A stretch of DNA of 64,000 bases from a virus (IMGVR_UViG_3300021387_000463:299001-363000); one strand, 5' to 3'. Counted from the first letter of the stretch, positions 45,775 to 57,180 are shown. Translations and numbers: made by a program. The notes: generated by a model not told the origin, from the letters alone.

Positions 45775-48700
45775 ATGAATGTTAAGGATGCTAGCTTAAA
45801 GAATATAGGTAATGCTATAAAGAATGCTGCTTCGGATTTATTGACAAATAACGATTTCATTTCTAGAACAATAGGAATGACTGCATCTTATGATGACATC
45901 ATGTTCATTGTGCAATCACTTGGACGTGAGCCTATCAGTTTGTTGGGAAAAGACTATCCGTTCATTTTTGACCACGTGAGAAGGAATTTCCAACAAGGAG
46001 TTAGCATACCTAGCATGATGTATGGTGGTGGTGAATATGGCTGTCCAAAGTTCACATTCTATAAAGACCCACCAACAGTTAGATTCGCAGACCCATATCA
46101 AGACCCACTTAACCTTTTGGATAGGTGGACTCCTAATATGACCTTCGAAACCACCTTGTCTGAACAAGTTGGTAAGTTCTATGCTGAATCAAACGATGGG
46201 GAAAACAACAATAAAACAATCTCTCATGCAGTGTCTAACATGGGTGTTGGCCATGAGAGATATTCAACTAGTTTCGATAATGTTGCTACTTGCGATTTGA
46301 TAAAGAAAACAAACGATAATTTCAAATATGGCAAGTATAAGACATTGGTTGCTAGATTCCACACAAACAGTATGGACTCAAGAGACCCAGAAGATACAAC
46401 ACAGACTGCCTTTACAAACAAATACGGTATGTCTCATGGTAGAAACTTGTTGAAGATTGAACCAGATAGCCCTAATGGTTATAACAACCCATATTGTCGT
46501 GTGTGGACTTATCACCATCAATACCATAGAATTGCAGATGCAATCAGGCCTTTTGGTGATATTAATTCAGAAGAAAGGTATGAGAAACGTGAACTTGGAA
46601 ACAAATATGGTAAAGGGGGCTTCAGAACAGTTGGTGATGAACACTTTGATGGTGGCAGCAAAAGGTTAGATAAACATGGTGTTCTTAACTATGAAAATGG
46701 TTTTGTTAACATTGCACCAACAGCTAAGATTAAGGACTATTTTGATGGAAAGGCTGATGATGAAAAGGCTGTTTCAACAAAGAAATGTATGTTCTCAATC
46801 GAAAATCTTGCGTGGAGAGACACAAACGTAAATAATAAAGAATACGATGCGAATGGTCTTTCTCCAGAGCAAAGAGGCCCACTTGGAGGCAGAATTATGT
46901 GGTTTCCACCTTATGACCTTACATTCAGTGAAGATGTTTCGGTTGATTGGAACGGTAATAAATTCATAGGTAGAGGTGAACAAATCTATACTTATACAAA
47001 TACTGATAGAAGAGGTAACTTATCATTTACCCTTATCATTGACCATCCATCTATATTAGATTATTGGACTGGACATCAACGTAATGACCAATCAAATATG
47101 GGTCAATCATTAATTGGCGGTAACGATGGTGGCGTTGATGAAATTTGGAATCAAGAGAACACGTTATTGCGTTTCTTCGCTGGTTGTCAAGTACTTACAG
47201 CAAAACCACAAGAGTTCTCTCATACAGCTATTCCTAAAGATGAGGAAGCAGATAAGGGAGACCCAACACCAGAACCAGATGTACCAGCTCCAGATGAAAC
47301 TGTAACAAAAACTCATAAGAAGATACAAGTATTGTTGTTCTATCCTAACAACTATAGTGGTAAGGATGATGGTAGCAATTCAGTAAATCCAGTGTGGTAT
47401 TTGATGAATGGTGTAGGTACACAGAAATATATTAATGATTCAACAAAATATGCTGAAGATATACCTACAACATTAAGTAGTAAACCAAAAGTCGTTTACG
47501 GAGAAACACCTATGGATTTCAATGGTGGCTATGAAACGTCTCCATCTGACCTAGCAATGGTTGGTGGTATATCACTTACGATTGCTAATCTTAATGAAGA
47601 CCATTCAGATATTGTGAAGTCATATGCTGATACAACTTCTAAGGAAAGAAAAGGACAATATTTAACTGGTCCTAGTGGTACAATATTTAAAGCCACATAC
47701 GGAAGCACAAATTATGATTTGGCTAAGATTGTAGGTTCTAAGGCTATGGGACTTGGTAGTGCTTATGACAATAACTTAAGTGGTAAAGACCATCTTTGGT
47801 ATCGTAAACGTTACTACTACAGAGTTGATAAGGAATATGAGAATCAAGACTTCTCAAATACTGACAGCTATCTTGATGTTGGTTCTTGTGCATTGAACTC
47901 AACTGGCTACACTAGTGCTAGAAATGTTAAGGAGTTTGAGATTGAGAAAGAATCTGACACATTCAAATTGGTTAGCTTCAAAGATTTATTCGTTGCCTTG
48001 GAGGAATCTAACAAAGCCGTTGACGCTGCTAATGAAGATAAGGTAAAGGAAATCAAGAAGATTTTAACTGATAAAGATAGATACGAGATAACTAGTCTTA
48101 AGTACTTTGGTCATGCTTCTTATCAAGGTAGGAAAAATTCTAACAATGACCTAGCTAAGAACAGAGCCAATACTCTTAAGAAATGGCTTGAAGGATTTGA
48201 TGTATTTAAGGGTGTTAAGGCTGAACAACCAATAATTAAGAATCAGAGTGAGAAACCTGTAATCAATGTTGGAGGTAACAGTGAAATTAACACTAAACTA
48301 TGGAGAAGTGCCTCAGTAATCATTGAATATGATGAGTTGTCTGTTTCTAATGCAGTTGAAACAAAGTCAGTTGCTCAAACAGATGCGAATGGTAATGCTG
48401 TTAAGGATAAAAATACTCAACAAGTATTAAAGCAAGTTGATAAGGTTGAAATACCTAATGGAAAACAATCTCCTAATTGGTCTAATGTGAACAATCCATA
48501 TATGGCTAATGACCCAACCAATTCTTTGCTATCGGATAATAGATTAGACCCATTAACTGGAAAGTTGATTTCTAAAGAAGAATACAATACAATGAATGGT
48601 AAAAGTAATGATACAACTTCTGAAGCCAAAGGAAAGGATGATAACAAACAAGAAAAAAATGAAACAGTAAAAAGATATGACAATGAAGGTGAATTCTTTG

Positions 48701-49365
48701 AATTACTTGATAGAGAAGCGCCATTCTTACATCACTTGATTACTGAGAAAATAAGATATTTTGACCCAGCTTATCATTCAATAAGCCCAGAGGGATTTAA
48801 CTCAAGACTTACATTCTTGCATCAATGTACAAGACAAGGAGCAACTATTGAAGCTGGAAGTAGCAATGAGTATACTGCATATAACTTGGCATTTGGTAGA
48901 CCTCCAATCTGTGTATTGAGACTTGGTGATTTCTATTATACAAAGATAATTATTAACACCTTAAGTATACAATATGAGAGTCCACAATGGGATTTGAACC
49001 CAGAGGGTATTGGCGTTATGCCAATGTTTGCTAAGATAAATATTGGCTTTACATTCCTTGGCGGTAGCGACCTTGCTGGTCCAATTGCACGTCTTCAGAA
49101 TGCTGTTTCATTCAATTATTACGCTAATACTAGTGTATATGATGACCGTGCTGAAATGGTTGAATATGATGATGATGGCAGTGGAAAGGTTAAGAAATTC
49201 AAAGGATGGATATATCAACCTAAGAAAAAGAAGAGAAAGGGTTATGTTGATAAAGATGAAGATTTAAGATGGCTTGAAGGTTTCTACAATAATGTAAATG
49301 TTAGTAACTCTGAAAAAATGCAAAGTGATGACAGAATAAAGAATTATGATAATAACTTTAAATAA
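45775..49365 (+). CDS. Baseplate/tube-initiator-like protein with an internal OmpA-C-like domain
   Basis: WFPPYDLTFSE...W....IGRGE.IYTY....R and FGRPPICVLRLGDFY tube-fold motifs; GHAS......N.DLA.NRA motif at ~48110-48190. Confidence 0.62.
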   Translation: MNVKDASLKNIGNAIKNAASDLLTNNDFISRTIGMTASYDDIMFIVQSLGREPISLLGKDYPFIFDHVRRNFQQGVSIPSMMYGGGEYGCPKFTFYKDPPTVRFADPYQDPLNLLDRWTPNMTFETTLSEQVGKFYAESNDGENNNKTISHAVSNMGVGHERYSTSFDNVATCDLIKKTNDNFKYGKYKTLVARFHTNSMDSRDPEDTTQTAFTNKYGMSHGRNLLKIEPDSPNGYNNPYCRVWTYHHQYHRIADAIRPFGDINSEERYEKRELGNKYGKGGFRTVGDEHFDGGSKRLDKHGVLNYENGFVNIAPTAKIKDYFDGKADDEKAVSTKKCMFSIENLAWRDTNVNNKEYDANGLSPEQRGPLGGRIMWFPPYDLTFSEDVSVDWNGNKFIGRGEQIYTYTNTDRRGNLSFTLIIDHPSILDYWTGHQRNDQSNMGQSLIGGNDGGVDEIWNQENTLLRFFAGCQVLTAKPQEFSHTAIPKDEEADKGDPTPEPDVPAPDETVTKTHKKIQVLLFYPNNYSGKDDGSNSVNPVWYLMNGVGTQKYINDSTKYAEDIPTTLSSKPKVVYGETPMDFNGGYETSPSDLAMVGGISLTIANLNEDHSDIVKSYADTTSKERKGQYLTGPSGTIFKATYGSTNYDLAKIVGSKAMGLGSAYDNNLSGKDHLWYRKRYYYRVDKEYENQDFSNTDSYLDVGSCALNSTGYTSARNVKEFEIEKESDTFKLVSFKDLFVALEESNKAVDAANEDKVKEIKKILTDKDRYEITSLKYFGHASYQGRKNSNNDLAKNRANTLKKWLEGFDVFKGVKAEQPIIKNQSEKPVINVGGNSEINTKLWRSASVIIEYDELSVSNAVETKSVAQTDANGNAVKDKNTQQVLKQVDKVEIPNGKQSPNWSNVNNPYMANDPTNSLLSDNRLDPLTGKLISKEEYNTMNGKSNDTTSEAKGKDDNKQEKNETVKRYDNEGEFFELLDREAPFLHHLITEKIRYFDPAYHSISPEGFNSRLTFLHQCTRQGATIEAGSSNEYTAYNLAFGRPPICVLRLGDFYYTKIIINTLSIQYESPQWDLNPEGIGVMPMFAKINIGFTFLGGSDLAGPIARLQNAVSFNYYANTSVYDDRAEMVEYDDDGSGKVKKFKGWIYQPKKKKRKGYVDKDEDLRWLEGFYNNVNVSNSEKMQSDDRIKNYDNNFK

Positions 49366-49368
49366 TAT

Positions 49369-49686
49369 ATGAATTATAAGAGATATGATTCTTTTACATC
49401 GAATGGTAGCTATAAGAAAGTACCTTTTATTGAAATTCCAGTAAGAGGTACTGACTGCTACGCATTTTATGAAGTTGGTAAGACAAGATTAGATTTATTG
49501 TCTTACCAATATTATAATAACCCTAATTATGGTTGGCTTATATTGCAAGCAAACCCTCAATATGGTTCATTGGAATTTAAGATTGAGAATGGCTCTAAGA
49601 TAAGAATCCCTTACCCACTTGAGCAAGTAATTCAAGGTTATGAAAATGACATTACAAAATATGTAAAATTATACGGTTTAAATTAA
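49369..49686 (+). CDS. Baseplate wedge LysM-like protein (gp53/gpX-like)
   Basis: RLDLLSYQYY.NP.YGWLILQANP...G.KIRIP. Confidence 0.78.
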   Translation: MNYKRYDSFTSNGSYKKVPFIEIPVRGTDCYAFYEVGKTRLDLLSYQYYNNPNYGWLILQANPQYGSLEFKIENGSKIRIPYPLEQVIQGYENDITKYVKLYGLN

Positions 49687-49693
49687 ATAAAAT

Positions 49694-52600
49694 ATGGCAA
49701 CACAAACAGGACCACATTCAAGTGTACAATATGTAGAGCCTAATCGTTATGATGATATTAGCACATTCAAAAAGGGCATTAGTGTTAATGGCGAACAATT
49801 CGAGAAGATAATTGACCCTGAAAATTATTGTATCGGAGTTTCACTCACAACATCATTGTGCAATAGAGGCTTTCAAGTTACTGATGATAAAACAGCAGTA
49901 ACGCTTAATTGTGACATGACAAATAGTGGTTCAAAAGTTAGTTTCATGTCTGGCCGACTTATAAAGACTGTTAATTATGATAATGAAATACCATATTTAA
50001 CAACCGATTATGCAGACATGTATATTACTGACTTGCAAGACTTTGGAACAACAGAAATGATTGGTATTAAGTCAATAAATATTGATTTTGAAAATGCAGT
50101 TTTACCTGTAATTACAATTCAGTTTACTGACGTAAGGGGTATGTCATTATTTACCCCAAAAGAATTATCAAGACTTAAAGATGTTCCTAGAGGTGGTGAT
50201 GTAACTAAGGATAATGTTGCACAATTCTTTTTCCAATGTTTCTTCAAATTCCCTTATCCAAAGTTTAATATTACTGTTAAGGGATTCTATGGAAGACCAG
50301 TTTCTTATGAGGTAACATGCGATAAGTTTGAAACCAATTTCAATTCCGAAACTGGTAATTTCGATGTGACAGCACGTTTCATTGGTTATAAGTATTCTTT
50401 CTTAACTGATATATCATTGGAGCTGCTTGAGGCTGCTCCATATTGTGATTTCTTGGGTAAAGATTATTGGGAAGAGAAAAAACAGAAAGATTTCCAAGTA
50501 ACAAATGTATATGGTGCTAAAGTACCTATGCCTACACTTGTCGAAATAAGAAACAAGATAAAGGATATACTGACAAATGGAGACCTAGAACAAACGGAAA
50601 CAACCATAACTGAAGAAGACAATACCCATGACGAGGAAAGAAGAAGCCTAGAGGAAATCAAAAAAACATACTACTCTTGGTATGAGCAATTAATCCAAGA
50701 GGCTAACAAAAAATATGGCGAAAAACACGTTTTCATATATAAGAATGAGGATGGTGACTATCAAAGAGTTATTATCTTAATACCTAGCGATTACGCATCA
50801 AATGATATGTCGCAAGATTATCAACAGATGCTTGAAACGCAAAAGGTAAACAATGACTTGTGTGCATTGATTAAAAAGTATAATGAGGCTTACGGACAAG
50901 GTAATAAGTTGGATGAGATTTCTGAAGACTTCAAGGGATACGTTAAGGCCCCATTGTTCAACGATTTAACAACAAAAGACACATTTAATGGCTTGGTTGA
51001 AAATTGTAAGATACCAGAATATATTGTTGAGAGAATTATGTTGGGTAAGAATAAGGAAGCAACACTTGAGACGGTATTTAATAATGGTAATCCACCACAA
51101 TATACTCATTGCTTTGATATTGATGTAGACTATTCTACAATACAATCAAGAATTAACAGTCTAACCGAAGATGCCAATAAGTCATACCTTCAAAAGAGAA
51201 AAGAAAAGGAAATACATAATAAAAACATAAAGTTGATAGGCGAATTAGGTTTCAATCCTACTGTATCTAATGTCACCAAAATTATCATGGCTCATCTTGA
51301 GACATTGATGCATATGATATACAATGTAACTGATGCTATCAAGAATGACTCAAGTAGAACACCTAGTGCTTGGGGTATAAGTTGTGGTAAAGATGGTACT
51401 TGTCCAGATATTGACTGTGATACAACTCGTATTCCACCGTTCCCAAGAGTTACTGAACAAGTGGAAGATAGCGGTACTAAAAAGCAACAAGATATGTGGA
51501 TTGGAAAACTTGACAAGGATTCAATTAAAGAGGTTGACCTTGTTGAGACATTCTTTAATGCCATTGAGGAAATAGACAGACTTATTACTGAAACTGATAG
51601 AAAGATTGAAGAAACAAAGGAAGCAAGACAAGAGGCAGCTAAAGGTGAAGAACGTTGCGTGGTAAAATACCCAACAACTTCATTCGACTTCTTCTTGAAT
51701 TCAAAATTGTATGGCAATGACGTTGTAGAAGATATTGATAAATTATCTGGGGCAATCTCATTACGTATGTTCAGCGTATTATGCCTAAACTTCTACGCTA
51801 ATCAGTGCGGAAAGAATGTGTGGAAGAATAAGGCTGCTCAGTTGGGTAGAGTTGAAGCACACAACTTTGTTGATAGTGTTAACGTTGAAACTAATCCTAA
51901 ATTGCGTGATTGGATTAGACTAGGAACTGGAGAATTAAATGCTGATAACATCATTAAGACAATACAATCAAAGGAAGGAAAATACCCTTGGTCATTTGAT
52001 AGTGGAAATCCAACAGCAAAACCTTTGTTCGATTCATCAGCTTGGTTATCTAGATACCAATGTAATCCGTTGAATGTAACAGCAGAACATGGATATTCAT
52101 ACATGTATCCAGTTCAAAACATATCATTTGACAAGATTAAGGAAAATTATGGTATATTCTCTAATGGTGATTCTCAAGATAGTAAGGACGTTTTAATGTC
52201 TTGTCCATCTGTGGAAATAAACTCAATAGATATAACCTCATATAACTGTCATAACAGCCTTATAATTGAAAATAACGTCAATAAGGTGAAGGACATGCTC
52301 GATAAAGCCATGTCCGAGTCTGTTAGCTCATATACTGAGGTAACTAATGCATTGTCTGGAAAAACCACTTTAGAAGAGGCTATTGAAGGATACTATAGCA
52401 AGATTTTCAAGACTGAAGGACTTAGTTCTTTCTGTAAGAAGAATGGCGTTAAAAAGGGTGATGATATAGTTAATTATCGTAAGGATAGTGATGAAGCATT
52501 CTTTGTGTTCTTGAAAGATAAAAAGATTGTACTAACTGATAAGGATAGTAGTGTAACATATACAAGCACTCCAGAGGATTTGGAGCAATACTTTAATAAT

Positions 52601-55600
52601 GAGGTAACTGCTAAAAGTATAAACAGTTGCTTCATATCTGAAATTTTCCCTTATAAGGGTAAGGAAATTAACCACCGTGATTCTCTACTTAACAAAGATG
52701 ATTTCAGTGCAATAGAATTCTTGATGGGTATCGATTGTATCGATTATGACTATTTAAGACAGAATGGTGGTTTCAATAGAATATTGTATGGCACTAATGC
52801 ATTTGTATATACACCTAGACTTGTTGTTCTTCAATTAGGAGCTATTCTAGCAACTGAGTGCGGAAATGACTTAAATCATGTAATAGATGTAAACGCCATT
52901 TCTTGTGGACTTCCTGGTAATTTGAAACAAATTGTATTACAGTATTTGAATACCATCAGCATATATTCAAGAATGGCGTTAATTAAGTATTACCGTGATT
53001 GGGAAAATACTGAGTTTAAAGATATTAAGGCTCAATTAACTGGAAATAATAAAAACGCTAATATTGCTGCAAGATACTATAAGAAAGAACAAAGTGCTCA
53101 ACATACTAGAGTACTATTGTATGAAGGTTCTAGTTTTGTTACTAAGCTTACAAATGGGTTAATGTTGCCAGTATTAGTTGTACATGGTAATGTTAATCAC
53201 TTTACTTGTGAAAAAGATACCCCAAAAGACTACGGTAGATTCACTCTTCCTAAGAGTGTTTACGCAGTAACCAACGATGTCTATAAGAACTATCTAAATG
53301 CCTTTGTGGATGAGCTTAACAGAATCCTAGAGGTTGACTATGAGAAGGATGAAAATGGAAACATGGTTAGAAGGGCAAGGAACGCTTGCAACACCTCTAA
53401 CGAAATGAGAATGGAGCTATACCGTTACTTGAAGCAAGTATACGACAAGTGGATACCTTCGGCAAAAGAGAGTGATTGGAACTTCAAAAACTTCTTTGAA
53501 GATGAAGGAGGAAAAGGCGATTATAGGTTCTATTTCATCGATTCTTACTACAATAAGATTGGTGATAAGTTGTTGATAAATCCAAGAGAACTTACTAGAA
53601 GACTTGACACTGCTAGGGATAACTCAGATATTGGCTCTTCTGTATATTCATTGTTAGGATGGATATATGGAGATAATCGTTGTATGTTTAAGTGTATTCA
53701 GAATTTTGCTGATTTCTCAAATGGTGACGGAATCTATGATGTGTTTAATCCACTGCCTTATTCAACAGCTTTCTCAAACTTAAGACAAGGCTCTGACTTT
53801 GTTGTTGTATATACATACGAACCTTCAAAGTATCTTGATTTGAATAGTAGTGAATATACTGATGATGGATTCATGCTTAATGATGAACTTCAATGTCCAG
53901 TATCAATTACATCTAGAGGAAATGGGAATGGATATTATAAGATTCCAGCATTCGGTGTAACATATGGAAGACAATATCAAAGCTATTTCAAGAACATTTC
54001 ATTGGACACTAAGAATGCAATTCAAACCCAGCAAGCTATATTTGCAAAACATGCAATCTTGAATGGTAAAACAAGTAATAACAAGTTTGGTGTAAGTGGA
54101 CAAGATTTGTTCGACATCTATACAACGCAATCATACACTTGTACGGTTGACATGATGGGATGTGCATGGATACAGCCAATGATGTACTTTGTACTTCTTA
54201 ATGTGCCAATGTTCAGAGGCTCTTATATGATTATGAAGGTTCATCATAAGATAGTACCAGGAGACATGACAACAACATTTACTGGTTGTCGTATGTCAAA
54301 CTGTGCAAATAAGTTCGTACAAGACATATTCATCAGTTCTGAAGGTGATGAAACACAATTCACAACAGATGATAACAACTTTACACGTGAGAATGACCTT
54401 GCAAACGTTGACAATGATTGTCCATATGCAGTTTATCCTATATTTCAAGGTGATGGTACTTTATCTGGAGATATGCTACAAAAAGGTAAAGAATTGATGG
54501 ATAAATTAATCGCAAGAGGGTTCAATAAGATTGCATCTGCTGGTATTGTTGGTAATATGCGACAAGAATGTGGTGGAAAATTTGATTACGCTTCTGCTGT
54601 GGTTGACTCTGATAATTTTATCGCAGGAGGCTTGTGTGGATGGAATGATAGATATGGTAATTTGACGCATTTATTAGAAAAGAATTCTACAAACTTTGGA
54701 CAAGCACCAGTTGTGCAAATAGCAAGTAAGTTAGGAATTACTAGCGTTATAAATAAATTAAAGAATATTGGCGTTGATTATCAAATACAGTTCTTGGATG
54801 AAACTATTGGACAAGTAACTGAAAGAGCACCAAAATATAAAGGTGAACGAGTACCATTATATTCAAAAGCTAAAATAAATGCTTGTACAAGTCCAGAGCA
54901 AGCTGCTGAAAGCTTTAGGGCTGCATATGAACGTGGAAGTAATTCAAATGATAGGCAAAACTACGCTAAACAATTCTACGATGCATATGATACAACTACA
55001 GTACCGCAATCTGAAGAAGCAACAAAGGTGAACGAGGACATTTACCCATTGTTCTATAATGCGGTTAAGCAGACTTGTGAGAATACGGCATCAATGAGAT
55101 TTACACCAAAGGAGGAATATTTCAAGAATACTGATGCCAAGGGTAATGAAACCAAGGTATTGATGATGTCTACGGATGCAAACAACACACCTAAGTTGGC
55201 AAAGTTATTCGACTGTATATTGAACACACCAGAGTACTTTAAGTACGTAACTAATTTGTATTGGGTTTATGAGAATGACCCTAAGACAATTGTACGTGTT
55301 GATGTTAAACTTTCAAATAAGGAAGTTGCAACAAATAATCAACATGTTTGGTGGTATAGAAAGGGTACAAGGGCTGAAAATAAAAATGCAAAGGCTGAGA
55401 GTGAACGACTATTGGTTGATAACTTAAGTGAAGATGCTAAGAGGTCACTTGGTAAACGTTATAATAGTGATGGTGGAAAGAATTTCAAGACTCTTGTTCC
55501 AGAACTCGAAGACCCACAGAATTTAACTGATTACAAACCAACCAATTGTGCAAGCGTCGGTAATAGTGGTACTGCTAATAGCTCTTCAGTAGCTGGACCA

Positions 55601-56119
55601 TTTAACACAAAGTCATGGGCTGTTGATACATTTGTTCAAAACTTACATTATTGGCAAGATAGAATTTGTGAAAATAATGGTACTGGTGGAAGTAAAGCAA
55701 GAAAACCAGTTAAATCTTGGAATTTACCTAACTCTTATGGAAGAACCAAGAATGGATGTGATTGGTGTACGTCTGTTATTAACAGAGCCTTGAGAGACAC
55801 TGGATATGGACAAAAGTATTGTGGTGAAGAACCTTGGGATGTTTACGCAAAGATGAAAGCAAGTAATTCTGATTTCGTTGAAGCAGCATCTGGACAATGT
55901 TCAAATAAGGTTGATGACTTTAATTTTGGAAGTGCTACAATATCAAAGGGTGACGTTTGCGTTATGTGGACTTTGCCACCAAATCCTAAGAAGTTGCATA
56001 GGCATACTTGCGCTTTTGATGGTAGCCATTGGATTTCAGACTTTGTACAGCAAAGATGTAACGTTTACCGTTCAGCAAGCGAATGCAGAATGGAGTATCA
56101 TCTATTTAAACACAAATAA
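49694..56119 (+). CDS. Baseplate hub protein with tail lysozyme and C-terminal CHAP/NlpC-like amidase domains
   Basis: Hub-like I.FTDVRG..LF and C.VDMMG.A.IQP.MYF.L.NVPMF.GSY.I.KV.H; phage tail lysozyme (AGIVGNM.QE, GLCGWN, AA..F...YERG, R..YA..FY); WCTS...HTCAFDG.HWISDF. Confidence 0.75.
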   Translation: MATQTGPHSSVQYVEPNRYDDISTFKKGISVNGEQFEKIIDPENYCIGVSLTTSLCNRGFQVTDDKTAVTLNCDMTNSGSKVSFMSGRLIKTVNYDNEIPYLTTDYADMYITDLQDFGTTEMIGIKSINIDFENAVLPVITIQFTDVRGMSLFTPKELSRLKDVPRGGDVTKDNVAQFFFQCFFKFPYPKFNITVKGFYGRPVSYEVTCDKFETNFNSETGNFDVTARFIGYKYSFLTDISLELLEAAPYCDFLGKDYWEEKKQKDFQVTNVYGAKVPMPTLVEIRNKIKDILTNGDLEQTETTITEEDNTHDEERRSLEEIKKTYYSWYEQLIQEANKKYGEKHVFIYKNEDGDYQRVIILIPSDYASNDMSQDYQQMLETQKVNNDLCALIKKYNEAYGQGNKLDEISEDFKGYVKAPLFNDLTTKDTFNGLVENCKIPEYIVERIMLGKNKEATLETVFNNGNPPQYTHCFDIDVDYSTIQSRINSLTEDANKSYLQKRKEKEIHNKNIKLIGELGFNPTVSNVTKIIMAHLETLMHMIYNVTDAIKNDSSRTPSAWGISCGKDGTCPDIDCDTTRIPPFPRVTEQVEDSGTKKQQDMWIGKLDKDSIKEVDLVETFFNAIEEIDRLITETDRKIEETKEARQEAAKGEERCVVKYPTTSFDFFLNSKLYGNDVVEDIDKLSGAISLRMFSVLCLNFYANQCGKNVWKNKAAQLGRVEAHNFVDSVNVETNPKLRDWIRLGTGELNADNIIKTIQSKEGKYPWSFDSGNPTAKPLFDSSAWLSRYQCNPLNVTAEHGYSYMYPVQNISFDKIKENYGIFSNGDSQDSKDVLMSCPSVEINSIDITSYNCHNSLIIENNVNKVKDMLDKAMSESVSSYTEVTNALSGKTTLEEAIEGYYSKIFKTEGLSSFCKKNGVKKGDDIVNYRKDSDEAFFVFLKDKKIVLTDKDSSVTYTSTPEDLEQYFNNEVTAKSINSCFISEIFPYKGKEINHRDSLLNKDDFSAIEFLMGIDCIDYDYLRQNGGFNRILYGTNAFVYTPRLVVLQLGAILATECGNDLNHVIDVNAISCGLPGNLKQIVLQYLNTISIYSRMALIKYYRDWENTEFKDIKAQLTGNNKNANIAARYYKKEQSAQHTRVLLYEGSSFVTKLTNGLMLPVLVVHGNVNHFTCEKDTPKDYGRFTLPKSVYAVTNDVYKNYLNAFVDELNRILEVDYEKDENGNMVRRARNACNTSNEMRMELYRYLKQVYDKWIPSAKESDWNFKNFFEDEGGKGDYRFYFIDSYYNKIGDKLLINPRELTRRLDTARDNSDIGSSVYSLLGWIYGDNRCMFKCIQNFADFSNGDGIYDVFNPLPYSTAFSNLRQGSDFVVVYTYEPSKYLDLNSSEYTDDGFMLNDELQCPVSITSRGNGNGYYKIPAFGVTYGRQYQSYFKNISLDTKNAIQTQQAIFAKHAILNGKTSNNKFGVSGQDLFDIYTTQSYTCTVDMMGCAWIQPMMYFVLLNVPMFRGSYMIMKVHHKIVPGDMTTTFTGCRMSNCANKFVQDIFISSEGDETQFTTDDNNFTRENDLANVDNDCPYAVYPIFQGDGTLSGDMLQKGKELMDKLIARGFNKIASAGIVGNMRQECGGKFDYASAVVDSDNFIAGGLCGWNDRYGNLTHLLEKNSTNFGQAPVVQIASKLGITSVINKLKNIGVDYQIQFLDETIGQVTERAPKYKGERVPLYSKAKINACTSPEQAAESFRAAYERGSNSNDRQNYAKQFYDAYDTTTVPQSEEATKVNEDIYPLFYNAVKQTCENTASMRFTPKEEYFKNTDAKGNETKVLMMSTDANNTPKLAKLFDCILNTPEYFKYVTNLYWVYENDPKTIVRVDVKLSNKEVATNNQHVWWYRKGTRAENKNAKAESERLLVDNLSEDAKRSLGKRYNSDGGKNFKTLVPELEDPQNLTDYKPTNCASVGNSGTANSSSVAGPFNTKSWAVDTFVQNLHYWQDRICENNGTGGSKARKPVKSWNLPNSYGRTKNGCDWCTSVINRALRDTGYGQKYCGEEPWDVYAKMKASNSDFVEAASGQCSNKVDDFNFGSATISKGDVCVMWTLPPNPKKLHRHTCAFDGSHWISDFVQQRCNVYRSASECRMEYHLFKHK

Positions 56120-56120
56120 T

Positions 56121-56152
56121 TTTGGAATTTTAACATTTTTTATATATCTTTG
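56121..56152 (+). promoter_or_regulatory. Bacteroidota-type -33/-7 promoter
   Basis: TTTG-N20-TATCTTTG; nearly identical to 62712-62743. Confidence 0.85.
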
Positions 56153-56173
56153 CATATATTGATAAAAATTGTT

Positions 56174-56761
56174 ATGATTTTAGGTTATATTGTTACGGAT
56201 AGAAAGCTTACAAACATAGATGGCTTTGTGGAGCAAGTTAATGACATTTCATTGGCAGACCCCACAAAGCCTATACTCATTGTGGGTTGGAAGAAAGCAA
56301 AGAAAGACCCAAGGTATAAGTCAATTTTGGACAAACAACTTGATGAGAACGTTTTTTGGACGTTCAGTAAGACCGAGAGCCGTTCTGATTTTGAGGACGA
56401 TTTGAAAATTTTCTATAATATTATATATAATAATATATTAAATAATATAAATTATTATTATATTAATATATTTAAGTTAAAATATAATAATATAAAGAAA
56501 TTATATAATATTATATTAAATTCTGAAGAAAATAAAGATATTTATTTAAGTAAGAATATTTTGTATATTCCACACAAGGGGAGAATCTTGGGGTTATCCC
56601 TCGCTGTGTTGGAATATTGTGGTATACCAATGAATAAGGTTCTTGATAAGATTAAATCGAAAGGAATCAACATCATTGAGGATAACAAGAAGTTTATATT
56701 CAAGTTATCAAAACAGCTTGGAAATAAGAAGTATGCAGTACCATACTTTATATCTAGATGA
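56174..56761 (+). CDS. Hypothetical protein containing an extremely AT-rich segment
   Basis: KPILIVGW...LDKQL...FWTFS; start at MILGY below the promoter at 56121-56152. Confidence 0.65.
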   Translation: MILGYIVTDRKLTNIDGFVEQVNDISLADPTKPILIVGWKKAKKDPRYKSILDKQLDENVFWTFSKTESRSDFEDDLKIFYNIIYNNILNNINYYYINIFKLKYNNIKKLYNIILNSEENKDIYLSKNILYIPHKGRILGLSLAVLEYCGIPMNKVLDKIKSKGINIIEDNKKFIFKLSKQLGNKKYAVPYFISR

Positions 56762-56772
56762 AACAATAAATA

Positions 56773-57180
56773 ATGACAGGACGTGGAATAATAATAGGAA
56801 CATTTGTAAAGAAAAACAAGATTTTATCATTTATAGAAACTCTCAAGAATGAATTTGGTATCAAGCTTGAGAAGTTATTTATTTATTCAATTGATACAAA
56901 CAAACGTGAATACCTAGTTACTTTCAAGACTTTTGATAAAGAGAGATTTATCAAGAATCTTGGGAATGCTACTGTCATGCATGTTAAGAATGGTTGCCTA
57001 TTTTCCATCAATGCCCTCAACAAGTTGATTGAGAAAGATAATGAAGGTTCTGACTTACCAAACAATGAATTCGTTGTCGATTGGAATAAATACAAAGACA
57101 AGCTTATAATCATAACAAATGGTGAACTTTCTATCTCAAATCTCTCCAAAATAGAGGATAAATCGTTATTTTTCAACTAA
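56773..57180 (+). CDS. Hypothetical protein
   Basis: 135-aa ORF. Confidence 0.65.
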   Translation: MTGRGIIIGTFVKKNKILSFIETLKNEFGIKLEKLFIYSIDTNKREYLVTFKTFDKERFIKNLGNATVMHVKNGCLFSINALNKLIEKDNEGSDLPNNEFVVDWNKYKDKLIIITNGELSISNLSKIEDKSLFFN

